From Gemmatimonadota bacterium (GTDB taxonomy: Bacteria; Gemmatimonadota; Gemmatimonadetes; JACCXV01; JAHWKZ01), in NCBI GenBank assembly GCA_046261835.1, contig JBHEOA010000102.1, forward strand, positions 1-62,060: a stretch of DNA of 62,060 bases, in the 5' to 3' direction. Of this stretch, positions 13,062 through 22,820 are shown in pieces; position 1 is the first letter of the stretch; every line of letters starts with the position of its first letter. Made by a program: the position numbers and the translations under genes. The notes under the pieces were generated by a model, which was given only the letters and a program-made list of their open reading frames with translations, was not told the DNA's origin and made no database searches.

Positions 13062-16000
13062 GTGGTCCTACAACCGATCCTCAAATTCTTCGTCGGCGAC
13101 AAGCACGCGCGCGAGCGCAAGCGCTTGTGGCCCATCGTCGAAGAGATCAACGCCCTCTTCGAGGAGCTGAGCTCGCTTTCCGACGACGAGCTGCGCGCCA
13201 AGACCGAGGAGTTCAAGACGCGGCTCGCCGAGGGCGAGGTCCTGGACGACCTGCTCCCCGAGACGTATGCGGTCGTCAAGGAGGCGTGCCGCCGCAACTT
13301 GGGCCGCGTGTGGACCGTCACCGGCCACGACTTCGTCTGGGACATGGTTCCCTTCGATGTCCAGCTCTTCGGCGCCATCGTGCTCCACGAGGGCAAGATC
13401 GCCGAGATGGCGACCGGCGAGGGCAAGACTCTGGTCGCCATCATGCCCCTCTACCTGAATGCCCTCGAGGGCAGGGGCGTACATCTCGTCACCGTCAACG
13501 ACTACCTCGCCCGGCGCGACTCCGAGTGGGTCGGCGAGATCCTCCGCTGGTTGGGCCTCAGCGTGGGGATCATCCAGCATGACATGACGCCTCCCCAGAG
13601 GCGCGAGGCCTACGCCTGCGACGTCACCTACGGAACCAACAACGAGTTCGGCTTCGACTACCTGCGCGATAACATGGTCGTGCGGATCGAGGATCGAGTT
13701 CAGCGCGATCACCACTTCGCCATCGTCGACGAGGTCGACTCGGTCCTCGTCGACGAGGCCAGAACCCCGCTCATCATCTCCGGTCCTACCACACAGGACA
13801 CGTCCAAGTTCGGTGAGCTGAAGCCCATGGTAGAGCGGCTGGTACGCGACCAGACGCGGATCGTCAACCAACTCGTGGCCGAGGCCGAGGATCTGCTCGC
13901 GAACGGCGGCGAGGAGGACGGCAGCTACGAGGCGGGGATCAAGCTCTTCCAGGCCCGGCGCGGCATGCCCAAGCACAACCGGCTGATGAAGGCGCTGAAC
14001 GAGACGGGCGTGCGAAAGCTGGTTCAGAAGGTCGAGGCGGACTACATGCGCGAGAAGCGGGTCCACGAGCTCGACGAGGCCCTGTTCTTCGCCATGGACG
14101 AGAAGGGACACGACGCCCACCTGACCGACGGCGGTCGCGAGAAGGTCGCCCCCCGGGACCCCAATCTGTTCGTGGTGCCCGATCTGTCACAGCTCATGCA
14201 TGAGATCGACACCGATCCTTCGCTCTCCGAGTCGGAGAAGAACGAGCGGCGGCTGGCCCTCGAGCGGGAGTACGCCGAGAAAAGCGAGACCCTCCACTCG
14301 ATTCACCAGCTCCTCAAGGCCTACGCCCTGTTCGAGAAGGACGTCGAGTACGTCGTCCAGGACGGGAAGGTCCTCATCGTCGACCAGTTCACCGGCCGCC
14401 TCATGCCGGGGCGCCGGTACTCGGACGGGATGCATCAGGCGATCGAGGCCAAGGAGGGCGTCAAGATCGAGGGCGAGACGCAGACGCTCGCCACGATCAC
14501 GATTCAGAACTACTACCGCATGTACGACAAGCTGGCCGGCATGACGGGTACGGCCGAGACCGAAGAGAACGAGTTCTTTCAGATCTACAAGATGGAGGTC
14601 GTAGTCATCCCGACGAACAAGCCTGTTCGGCGCGTCGACTACGAAGACGTCGTCTACCGCACCCGGCGAGAGAAGTACAACGCGATCACCGACGAGGTCG
14701 AGCGCGAGCATGGTCGTGGGCGGCCGGTGCTGGTAGGCACGGTTTCGGTCGAGGTGTCGGAGACGCTGTCGCGGCTGCTCAAACGGCGGAACCTCCCACA
14801 CAACGTCCTCAACGCCAAGCACCACCAGCGCGAGGCGGAGATCGTGGCTCGCGCCGGCCAGCAGGGAGCGATCACGATCGCGACCAACATGGCCGGACGC
14901 GGTACCGACATAAAGCTCGGTTCCGGCGTCGTGCCGCGGGAATGGCCCGAGATTCACGAGGAAGAGATTCCGGAAGAGTGGTCGCGGGATCAGCTGGACA
15001 AGCTGATGGAGGAGGACATGCCGTGGGGCCTCCACATCGTGGGAACCGAGCGGCACGAAGCGCGGCGGATCGACCGCCAGTTACGGGGGCGCGCGGGTCG
15101 TCAGGGCGATCCCGGCACCTCGCGCTTCTTCCTCTCGCTCGAGGACGATTTGATGCGCCTCTTCGGTTCCGATCGCATCGCGACCGTGATGGACAAGCTG
15201 GGCGCCGAGGAAGGCGAAGTCATCACGCACAGTCTGGTCACCCGTTCGATCGAACGCGCGCAAGGGCGGGTAGAGCTCAACAACTTCGAGATCCGCAAGC
15301 GTTTGCTCGAGTACGACGACGTCATGAACAAGCAGCGCGAGGTGATCTACGGACTCAGGCTGCGGGCGCTGGAAGGACAACGCGACGAGGTGCTCTCGGA
15401 AGTTCGCGAGATGATCGCCGACGCGGCGGACGCCAAGGTCGCTCAGTACGTCGACGCCGAGGCGTACGCCGATAGCTGGGACCTGGAAGGTCTGCGCGAC
15501 GACTTGATGCGCACGTTCCTGCTGCCTTTCGACTGGCTCGACCGAATGGCCAGGAGCACGGAGGAGGGCGGCGCCCCGTCGGAGGACGAGCTGCCCTCGA
15601 CCTACGGCGAGATCGTCGAGCGCGTGCAGGTCGACCTGGAAGGCGGCCTGGAGCGTCGCCTCGAGGAGTGGCAGGACGACGCGCCGCACGTTGTTCAGCG
15701 CGTGCTTCTCAGCGTGATCGACGAGAAGTGGCGCGATCATCTCTACGAGCTCGATCAGCTCAAGACGGGGATCCAGTACCGGGCGTGGGGCCAAAAGGAC
15801 CCGCTGATCGAATACAAGAAGGAAGCGTACGAGATGTTCGTCGAGATGATGGACGATTTGCATCAGTCGGCGGCTGCGCTGCTGTTCCGCGTCCGGCTGC
15901 TGCCGCCGGGAGCGTTGACGGCTGAGGAGCGTCGCCGTCGTGAGCGTCTCCAGCGTCAGCAGGTGGCGCTGCACGCCGCCGTGCCGGCGATGGCCGGTGC

Positions 16001-16202
16001 CGCCGCGGCCCAACCCGTGGGCGTGGGTGCGGCGTCCGCCCTGGAGGCTGCCACACGTACCGGAGTGGCCGGCGCGACTCCGCCGGCTCCCGCCGCTCCG
16101 ACCGTTTCTGAGACGTACGTCCGCGAGGGGGAAAAGGTCGGTCGCAACGATCCCTGCCCTTGCGGCAGCGGCAAGAAATACAAGAAGTGCCATGGCGCGT
16201 AA
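13062..16202 (+). CDS. secA: Preprotein translocase ATPase SecA
   Basis: [37 protein letters not shown] and the C-terminal [23 protein letters not shown]. Confidence 0.98.
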   Translation: MVLQPILKFFVGDKHARERKRLWPIVEEINALFEELSSLSDDELRAKTEEFKTRLAEGEVLDDLLPETYAVVKEACRRNLGRVWTVTGHDFVWDMVPFDVQLFGAIVLHEGKIAEMATGEGKTLVAIMPLYLNALEGRGVHLVTVNDYLARRDSEWVGEILRWLGLSVGIIQHDMTPPQRREAYACDVTYGTNNEFGFDYLRDNMVVRIEDRVQRDHHFAIVDEVDSVLVDEARTPLIISGPTTQDTSKFGELKPMVERLVRDQTRIVNQLVAEAEDLLANGGEEDGSYEAGIKLFQARRGMPKHNRLMKALNETGVRKLVQKVEADYMREKRVHELDEALFFAMDEKGHDAHLTDGGREKVAPRDPNLFVVPDLSQLMHEIDTDPSLSESEKNERRLALEREYAEKSETLHSIHQLLKAYALFEKDVEYVVQDGKVLIVDQFTGRLMPGRRYSDGMHQAIEAKEGVKIEGETQTLATITIQNYYRMYDKLAGMTGTAETEENEFFQIYKMEVVVIPTNKPVRRVDYEDVVYRTRREKYNAITDEVEREHGRGRPVLVGTVSVEVSETLSRLLKRRNLPHNVLNAKHHQREAEIVARAGQQGAITIATNMAGRGTDIKLGSGVVPREWPEIHEEEIPEEWSRDQLDKLMEEDMPWGLHIVGTERHEARRIDRQLRGRAGRQGDPGTSRFFLSLEDDLMRLFGSDRIATVMDKLGAEEGEVITHSLVTRSIERAQGRVELNNFEIRKRLLEYDDVMNKQREVIYGLRLRALEGQRDEVLSEVREMIADAADAKVAQYVDAEAYADSWDLEGLRDDLMRTFLLPFDWLDRMARSTEEGGAPSEDELPSTYGEIVERVQVDLEGGLERRLEEWQDDAPHVVQRVLLSVIDEKWRDHLYELDQLKTGIQYRAWGQKDPLIEYKKEAYEMFVEMMDDLHQSAAALLFRVRLLPPGALTAEERRRRERLQRQQVALHAAVPAMAGAAAAQPVGVGAASALEAATRTGVAGATPPAPAAPTVSETYVREGEKVGRNDPCPCGSGKKYKKCHGA

Positions 16203-16275
16203 CCGACGCGGTCCCGGCGGTCGACATGATCCCGCGGCGCGTCGCGAGGCGCGAACCGAAACCGAGGTGCAAGAA

Positions 16276-17430
16276 GTGGAGAGCCGGCACGTGATCGGAG
16301 TCCTCGATCGTATCCAGGGGGGCGCGGGAGTTCTGCGCAGCCTCCGCAACGCTTACCTGCCAGGCCCCGAAGACGTCTATGTCCCCGCACGGGTCGTCGA
16401 GCAGTACGAGCTCCGCAAGGGGGATGAGGTCGAAGGAGAAGCCGGCCCCCCGCCGGGGAAGGGGAAGCTCCCGCCACTCAAGAGCGTCACCGTCGTCAAC
16501 GGTGAGCCGCCCGAGTCGGCCCGCAACCGTCCCCAGTTCGACAAGCTGCGAGCGGCGCATCCGGATGAGCGGCTGACCCTCGAGATCCTGGGGTCGGACG
16601 AAGGAAGGCACAACGGCGCCAGCGTCACCAATCGCATCATCGATCTCGTTGTTCCCTTGGGGAAGGGGCAGCGCGCGCTGATCGTGTCACCTGCCAAGGC
16701 TGGCAAGACGATGGTGCTCCAGGCGGTCATGCGGGGGATCGCCAACAACTATCCCAACGCCTATCTGATCGTGCTGCTCGTCGACGAGCGACCCGAGGAA
16801 GTGACCGACATGCAGCGCGTGGTTGAAGCCCTGGGGCGAGGCGAGACGATCGCCTCCTCGTTCGACTTCCCGCCGGACCGCCACGTTCAGGTCGCCGAGA
16901 TGGCGCTCGCGCGTGCTCGCCGGCTGGTCGAATCTGGAAAGGACGCCGTCCTGGTGCTCGACTCGATCACGCGGCTGGCCCGTGCCTACAACACGATCGA
17001 GCGATCGACGGGCCGCACGATGTCGGGCGGGATCGAGGCGGGCGCGCTTGAGCAGCCCAAGCGGTTCTTCGGCTCGGCGCGCAAGGTCGTCGGCGACCGT
17101 GGCGGCTCGCTTACGATCATCGCGACCGCGCTGATCGATACGGGAAGTCGGGCCGACGAGGTCATCTTCGAGGAGTTCAAGGGAACCGGCAACGCGGAGA
17201 TCGTCCTCGCGCGGGAGCTCGCCGAGCAACGGGTCTGGCCGGCGATCGACGTGACGGCGAGCGGAACACGGCGTGAGGAGCTCCTCTACACCGAGGAGCA
17301 GCTCGGAAAGCTCCAGCAGCTGCGCCGGACGCTGACCGAGATGCGCACGGTGGAGGCGGCGGAGTTCTTGATCGATCGCGTAAAGCACAGCCGGTCGAAC
17401 GAGGAGCTCCTGCAGAAGCTCTCCCGGTAG
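16276..17430 (+). CDS. rho: Transcription termination factor Rho-like, short form lacking the N-terminal helical domain
   Basis: GTG at 16276 with GAGGTG 6 nt upstream; [50 protein letters not shown]. Confidence 0.9.
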   Translation: MESRHVIGVLDRIQGGAGVLRSLRNAYLPGPEDVYVPARVVEQYELRKGDEVEGEAGPPPGKGKLPPLKSVTVVNGEPPESARNRPQFDKLRAAHPDERLTLEILGSDEGRHNGASVTNRIIDLVVPLGKGQRALIVSPAKAGKTMVLQAVMRGIANNYPNAYLIVLLVDERPEEVTDMQRVVEALGRGETIASSFDFPPDRHVQVAEMALARARRLVESGKDAVLVLDSITRLARAYNTIERSTGRTMSGGIEAGALEQPKRFFGSARKVVGDRGGSLTIIATALIDTGSRADEVIFEEFKGTGNAEIVLARELAEQRVWPAIDVTASGTRREELLYTEEQLGKLQQLRRTLTEMRTVEAAEFLIDRVKHSRSNEELLQKLSR

Positions 17431-17436
17431 GTCCAC

Positions 17437-17521
17437 GTCACAGTCGGTTCGTAGGAGAGTCGGCGAGCCTCCCCTGAGCTGCCGCACGAACGCGGCAGGG
17501 TCTCCTCCATCGACTTGTGAC
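17437..17521. other. Nested fold-back element between rho and radC
   Basis: GTCACAGTCG/CGACTTGTGAC, AGGAGA/TCTCCT and CTGCCGC/GCGGCAG nested complementary segments. Confidence 0.5.
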
Positions 17522-17580
17522 CCTCCCTTCGACCCATGGCCCTGGTCTTGCTTTGCGCTTGCGGTGTGTCGGCGCGGGGG

Positions 17581-18255
17581 GTGTCGATACGGGATTGCCC
17601 GGCGGGGGAGCGACCGCGCGAGCGGCTCGAGCGGTTGGGGGCGGGTGCGCTCTCGACCGTCGAGCTGTTGACGATCCTGGTCGGCACCGGGACTCGGCGA
17701 GCGTCCGCCGATCAAGTTGCGCGGGCGGTCCTGGCCTCCTACCCGCGTCTGCGACGGCTGGCGATTCGACCGATCCACGACCTGGCGGCCGTGGAAGGGG
17801 TGGGGGCGGCGACGGCCGCGCGGCTCGCCGCCGCGTTCGAGCTAGCGCGTCGGTTGAGCCGCGAGTCGCGCGACCGTGGGCCCTTGCTCGCGACCCCCGG
17901 TGCGGTGTGGCGCCACCTCGCGCTGGAGCTCAGGGACCGCGAGCGCGAACGGTTCGTGGCCCTGTGCCTCAACGCGCGCAACGAGCTCGTGCGCGAGTTC
18001 GTTGTCTCCGTCGGATCGCTGAACGCCTCGATCGTACATCCGCGCGAGGTCTACAAGCCGGCGTTGGCCACTTCCTCGGCGGCGATCGTCATCGCTCACA
18101 ACCATCCTTCGGGAGATCCCTCGCCCAGCCGCGAAGACCGTGAGGTGACGCGCGCCCTGGCGGAGGCAGGGCGTCTCCTCGACGTCCCGCTGCACGATCA
18201 TGTGATCATTGGTGCCGACGCCTATTTCTCGTTCCGTGACGCTGGCTTGTTATGA
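17581..18255 (+). CDS. radC: RadC-family JAB domain protein
   Basis: ERPRERL, ELLTILVGTG, HPREVYK, HNHPSGDPSPSRED, DHVII. Start placed at GTG 17581 by family N-terminus. Confidence 0.92.
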   Translation: MSIRDCPAGERPRERLERLGAGALSTVELLTILVGTGTRRASADQVARAVLASYPRLRRLAIRPIHDLAAVEGVGAATAARLAAAFELARRLSRESRDRGPLLATPGAVWRHLALELRDRERERFVALCLNARNELVREFVVSVGSLNASIVHPREVYKPALATSSAAIVIAHNHPSGDPSPSREDREVTRALAEAGRLLDVPLHDHVIIGADAYFSFRDAGLL

Positions 18256-18289
18256 TCATCCGCCACGGTGAAAGAATGAAGAGTCACCA

Positions 18290-18318
18290 TTGCAGTCGCG
18301 TTCAACGTGGTATATCGT
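18290..18318 (+). promoter_or_regulatory. Putative sigma70 promoter of the orphan at 18380
   Basis: TTGCAG-N17-TATCGT. Confidence 0.4.
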
Positions 18319-18379
18319 GAAGAACGCGCAAGCCCCTCAGTCCTGAAACCGGGTACGAAGTCGCATTGGAGGTGGTGGA

Positions 18380-18733
18380 ATGGCTTACGAGACCTACGTC
18401 CCGCAGCGAGGTCCGTCCGGTGGAAAATCGACGGTGCGTGTCCTCAGAAATGGGGACCTGTCGATCAGCCCCTCTGTCTACGATCAGTATTTCAATAGGG
18501 CAAATTACGTGGAGCTGATGTTCGATCCGAACAACAAGAAGGTGGGACTCAAGCCGCGAAGTAAACCCACCAAGGCGACCTATAAGCTTCGCGAGTCGCC
18601 GCAGGGAGGTGCCCGTCGATATGTATCGGCCGGTCAGTTTCTCGCGAATTACGGGGTCAAGGTCACTAAGGCGAAGAGCTACGATGTGAAGTGGAACGAA
18701 AGGGAAAAGTTGGTCGAGTTCGCCGCTGCCTGA
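18380..18733 (+). CDS. Small basic hypothetical protein, possibly AbrB/MraZ-like swapped-hairpin fold
   Basis: GGAGG SD and 117 aa; 12 K + 9 R vs 10 D/E; G.L.IS....(x)..VEL..D....VGL.P pattern. Confidence 0.75.
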   Translation: MAYETYVPQRGPSGGKSTVRVLRNGDLSISPSVYDQYFNRANYVELMFDPNNKKVGLKPRSKPTKATYKLRESPQGGARRYVSAGQFLANYGVKVTKAKSYDVKWNEREKLVEFAAA

Positions 18734-18833
18734 GACTTGCCCGATCAGCACGTAGCGCCGTGGCGCCGACTCGCCGGAGTCGGAGCCCGGCGCTTCGTGG
18801 CTAAACGACCTGCCTTCGCGGTATTCTTTCTCT

Positions 18834-21062
18834 ATGGATCGCAAGCGATTCTTCCAAGTTCTCGAGCCCCATGATGACCGCCTCGATCTCGGGCTGATCG
18901 AGCGCGCCTACGACTTCGGCGAGTCGGCACACGGTGGACAGAAACGTTTGTCGGGCGAGCCGTTCATCGCGCACGCCGCTGAGATCGCCCGCATCCTGCT
19001 GGACCTGAACCTGGTCGACACCGACACGATCGCCGCGGCGCTGCTGCACGACGTCATCGAGGACACCGCGATCACCATGGCCGAACTGGAGTCGGAGTTC
19101 GGGCCCCAAGTCGCTCAACTCGTCGATGGGGTGACCAAGATCGGGCATCTCCGGTTCCGCTCGCGCGAAGAACGCCAGGTCGAGAACTACCGCAAGCTCC
19201 TCGTGGCGATGGCGCGTGACTTCCGCATCATCATGATCAAGCTGGCCGACCGCCTTCACAACATGCGAACGCTGGAGTTCCTCCCGGAGGAGAAGCGGCT
19301 ACGGATCGCGCACGAGACACGGGACATCTATGCCCCGCTCGCCCATCGTTTCGGTATGGCGACGATCCGGTGGGAGCTGGAGGATCTCGCCTTCAAGTTC
19401 CTCGAAGCCGAGGCCTACCGATCGCTCGCCAAGAAGGTCCAGGCGAAGCGCCGTGAGCGGGAGCGGATGATCGCGGCGATCGCCCAGCCACTCCTGGAGG
19501 CACTGTCGGCGGCCGACATCGAAGCCGAGATCACCGGGCGGCCGAAGCACCTGTGGTCGATTCAGAAGAAAATGATGGCCCGCGGCAAGCCGTACGAGGA
19601 GATCTACGACTTGTTGGCGATCCGTGTGCTGACCGATACCGTGCGGGATTGCTACCATGCGCTGGGCATCATCCACACCTTGTGGACGCCGGTTCACGAG
19701 CGCTTCAAGGACTACATCGCCACGCCCAAGTCCAACATGTATCAGTCCCTCCACACCACTGTCTTTGGACCGGGTGGCACCCTCTACGAGATCCAGATCC
19801 GGACTTGGGACATGCATCGCGTGGCAGAGGTCGGCATCGCGGCCCACTGGAAGTACAAGGAGGGGAAGAGTGATACCACGGTCGAGGACCAGCTGGCGTG
19901 GTTCCATCAAATTCTCGAGTGGCAGCAGGAAATGACCGATCCTGAGGAATTTCTCGAATACCTCAAGATCGACCTCTACAAGGACGAAATCTTCGTCTTT
20001 ACTCCTAAAGGCGACGTCATCCAGCTGCCGGTCGGATCGACTCCCATCGACTTCGCGTTCCAGGTCCACACCGAGGTCGGGATGCGATGCTCAGGGGCGA
20101 AGCTCAACGGCCGCATGGTCCCGCTCCATCGCGAGCTGCGGTCGGGCGACACGATCGAGATCTTGACCAGCAGCAGTCAGCGCCCGTCGCGCGACTGGCT
20201 CCACTTCGTCCGCACGTCCAAGGCGCGGCAGATCGTGCGACGGGTCATCCGGGAGGAGGAGCAAGCCAGCTCCATCGCGCTGGGAAAGGAGTTGCTCGAG
20301 AAGGAGTATCGCCGAACCCGCGTCAAGAAGCCGGACGACGAAGCTTTCGAGCGCGCCATCGCCGGCCTCCGCCTGAACGGAGCCGAGGACCTCTACACCG
20401 CGCTGGGCCGTGGCGACATCACGCTCACGCAGGCGTGGAACGCGCTGTTCCCGGAGGAGAAGCCGGAAGAGCACCGTCCGTCGGCCTTCGAGCGCCTGGT
20501 CGAGAAGGTCAAGGGCCACTCGCCCGGCGTTCGGATCCAGGGCTTCGAGAACATGATGGTGCGGTTCAGCCAGTGCTGTCAGCCGATCCCGGGCGACCCG
20601 ATCCTGGGCTACATCACGCGCGGACGGGGCGTCTCCATCCACCGCGCAGACTGCCCGAACCTGCTCAACCTCGTCGACGCGCCGGAGCGCAAGATCGACG
20701 TGCGGTGGGACACCTCGGGTGAAGAAACGTTCGTCGTGAGGCTCATCGTAACCGGCACGGATCGTCGGGGTCTCTTCGCCGACGTCGCGGGCGCCGTGTC
20801 CAGGACCTCGACGGACATCAAGAGCGCCGACCTCACCGCGACGGAGATGGGCATCGAGGGAACTTTCGTGGTCGAAGTGCGCGACCTCGAGCATCTCAAC
20901 CGCGTGATCGGCGCGATGAAATCGATCGACGGGATCGTGGAGGTCGAGCGCCGGGAGTATCTCGGAACCCACGAACTGGGAGTCGTCCGCGGTGGGGTCG
21001 GTTCGAGCGCCGAGACCGTGCCTGCCCCAGTTCGGGGAACTCCACGCCGGAAGCGGGGTTAG
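18834..21062 (+). CDS. spoT: Long bifunctional (p)ppGpp synthetase/hydrolase (RelA/SpoT)
   Basis: Intact LLHDVIEDT, KLADRLHNMRTL, RFKDY, YQSLHTT, GIAAHWKYK; TGS, CCQPIPGD and ACT domains. Confidence 0.95.
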   Translation: MDRKRFFQVLEPHDDRLDLGLIERAYDFGESAHGGQKRLSGEPFIAHAAEIARILLDLNLVDTDTIAAALLHDVIEDTAITMAELESEFGPQVAQLVDGVTKIGHLRFRSREERQVENYRKLLVAMARDFRIIMIKLADRLHNMRTLEFLPEEKRLRIAHETRDIYAPLAHRFGMATIRWELEDLAFKFLEAEAYRSLAKKVQAKRRERERMIAAIAQPLLEALSAADIEAEITGRPKHLWSIQKKMMARGKPYEEIYDLLAIRVLTDTVRDCYHALGIIHTLWTPVHERFKDYIATPKSNMYQSLHTTVFGPGGTLYEIQIRTWDMHRVAEVGIAAHWKYKEGKSDTTVEDQLAWFHQILEWQQEMTDPEEFLEYLKIDLYKDEIFVFTPKGDVIQLPVGSTPIDFAFQVHTEVGMRCSGAKLNGRMVPLHRELRSGDTIEILTSSSQRPSRDWLHFVRTSKARQIVRRVIREEEQASSIALGKELLEKEYRRTRVKKPDDEAFERAIAGLRLNGAEDLYTALGRGDITLTQAWNALFPEEKPEEHRPSAFERLVEKVKGHSPGVRIQGFENMMVRFSQCCQPIPGDPILGYITRGRGVSIHRADCPNLLNLVDAPERKIDVRWDTSGEETFVVRLIVTGTDRRGLFADVAGAVSRTSTDIKSADLTATEMGIEGTFVVEVRDLEHLNRVIGAMKSIDGIVEVERREYLGTHELGVVRGGVGSSAETVPAPVRGTPRRKRG

Positions 21063-21070
21063 GAAGCCGC

Positions 21071-21784
21071 ATGAGGCTTCCGCTCGCGGCTCCGAGAACG
21101 CCAGTCCTGGTCGCGCTAGCCGTGGTCGCGCTGGTGGCCCCGCCGACTGAGCGGCTTCGGGCCGAGGCCGTCACGCACGGTCGGGTCGAGGCGCCGCGCG
21201 GTCAGGATCCCGACGCGATCGCACGCCGCGCTGACGAGGCCCTCGCAGCCCTCCGCTCTTTGCGCGCGTCGTTCGTTCAAGAGGTGCAGAACCCGCTCCT
21301 CGAGAAGACCACCACCGGCCGCGGTACGATCCTCTACCGGGCGCCCGATCGCTACCGCATCGCCTACAACGACCCGGCGGGCGACCTCGTCGTCAACGAC
21401 GGGACGCGCGTTTGGATCTACCTCCCGTCCAGTCAGCCCGGTCAGGTGATCCGCCAGCCGGCCCAAGAGACGGGCGTACGCAACCCGCTCATGTACCTCC
21501 GCGACCTGAGGGATCGCTACGCGGTCCGCTATGTGGGCGTCGAAACCGTATCGGGTCACAGCGCCGACAAGCTCGACCTGACGCCGCGCGGACAGGGTGC
21601 GCCTTTCGCCGCGGTCGAAGCCTGGGTCGATCGTGACACCGGGCTCCTGCGGCGCGTTCGGACGCGCGCCGAAGACGGCGTGGTGACGACCTACACCTTC
21701 ACGACGCTCGAGCGGAACGTCCGCTTGAACGACACGCTCTTTCGCTTCGCCCCGCCGCGCGGCGTCGAGGTCTTCGACTCCTGA
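21071..21784 (+). CDS. lolA: Outer membrane lipoprotein carrier LolA
   Basis: Signal peptide; LRASFVQEV, G...YRAPDRYRI.Y, VNDGTRVWIY, terminal F.F.PP.GV. Confidence 0.82.
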   Translation: MRLPLAAPRTPVLVALAVVALVAPPTERLRAEAVTHGRVEAPRGQDPDAIARRADEALAALRSLRASFVQEVQNPLLEKTTTGRGTILYRAPDRYRIAYNDPAGDLVVNDGTRVWIYLPSSQPGQVIRQPAQETGVRNPLMYLRDLRDRYAVRYVGVETVSGHSADKLDLTPRGQGAPFAAVEAWVDRDTGLLRRVRTRAEDGVVTTYTFTTLERNVRLNDTLFRFAPPRGVEVFDS

Positions 21785-21845
21785 TCATTTCCTGATTCGG
21801 CCGACTTCCTGGGAGAGCCTTGGGGGGTCGGCTATATTCCCTTCC

Positions 21846-22820
21846 ATGCGAGTCTTGGTGACCGGCGCCGCAGGCTTCATCGGCTCTCACGTGAGTGAGG
21901 CCCTTCTGGACCGCGGGGACGAGGTCGTGGGGTTCGACAACTTCGATCCTTTCTATCCGCGGGCGATCAAGGAGCGGAATCTCGGCGCCTCATTGGAGCA
22001 TTCGGCATTCCACCTGGTCGAAGGTGACCTGAGGGACCCGGCGGCAGTCGAAGGACTCTTCGAGCAGGGGTCCTACGACGTCGTCGTCCATCTGGCGGCC
22101 AAGGCCGGCGTTCGCCCCTCGCTCGCCGACCCGGCCGGTTACCTGGCGGTCAACCTGGGCGGAACGGTGAACCTACAGGAGGCGATGCGACGCGCGGAAT
22201 GCAAGCGGCTCGTCTTCGCGTCTTCGTCGTCGGTTTACGGCGACAACGAGAAGGTGCCCTTCAGCGAGGGCGATCGCGTCGACCGTCCCATCTCGCCGTA
22301 CGCGATGAGCAAAAAGGCGGGCGAAGAGCTGTGTCACGTGTACTGGATGGTCCACGGCGTCCGCACGGTCTGCCTCCGCTTCTTCACCGTTTACGGCCCC
22401 CGTCAGCGTCCCGAGATGGCGATCCACAAGTTCACCCGCCTCCTGATGGAGGGTGGGCAGATCCCGCTCTACGGCGACGGGACGATGGAGCGCGATTTCA
22501 CCTACATCGACGACATCGTAGAGGGCGTGGTGGCCTCGGTCGATCGGGTTGGCGAGCTCGACTACGAGATCGTCAACCTCGGTAACTCGAGCCCGGTGAG
22601 CCTGACCGAGCTCGTGGACCTGCTCGCGCGCGAGGTCGGTCGGTCGCCGCAGATTGCGCCCCGCCCCATTCCACCGGGCGACGTTCGGCGGACGTACGCC
22701 GATGTCCGGCGCGCCGGCGAGATTTTGGGATTCGCTCCGCGAACGCCGCTCGAGGAGGGGATCCGCCGCTTCGTCGCGTGGTGCCAGGAGTCTCCGTCCC
22801 TGGTCCCGGCGACGGAGTGA
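21846..22820 (+). CDS. NAD-dependent epimerase, UDP-glucuronate 4-epimerase-like
   Basis: [48 protein letters not shown]. Confidence 0.85.
   Translation: MRVLVTGAAGFIGSHVSEALLDRGDEVVGFDNFDPFYPRAIKERNLGASLEHSAFHLVEGDLRDPAAVEGLFEQGSYDVVVHLAAKAGVRPSLADPAGYLAVNLGGTVNLQEAMRRAECKRLVFASSSSVYGDNEKVPFSEGDRVDRPISPYAMSKKAGEELCHVYWMVHGVRTVCLRFFTVYGPRQRPEMAIHKFTRLLMEGGQIPLYGDGTMERDFTYIDDIVEGVVASVDRVGELDYEIVNLGNSSPVSLTELVDLLAREVGRSPQIAPRPIPPGDVRRTYADVRRAGEILGFAPRTPLEEGIRRFVAWCQESPSLVPATE

Noticed and set aside
13790-14300. Large insertion in the SecA preprotein cross-linking region
   Set aside because: To my knowledge, similar long SecA forms are typical of Bacteroidota/FCB lineages. I used it only as a taxonomic hint.
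17581-18733. radC plus a low-GC orphan as a mobile island
   Set aside because: This is full-length chromosomal-type RadC with host-like composition. There are no flanking repeats or mobility genes.
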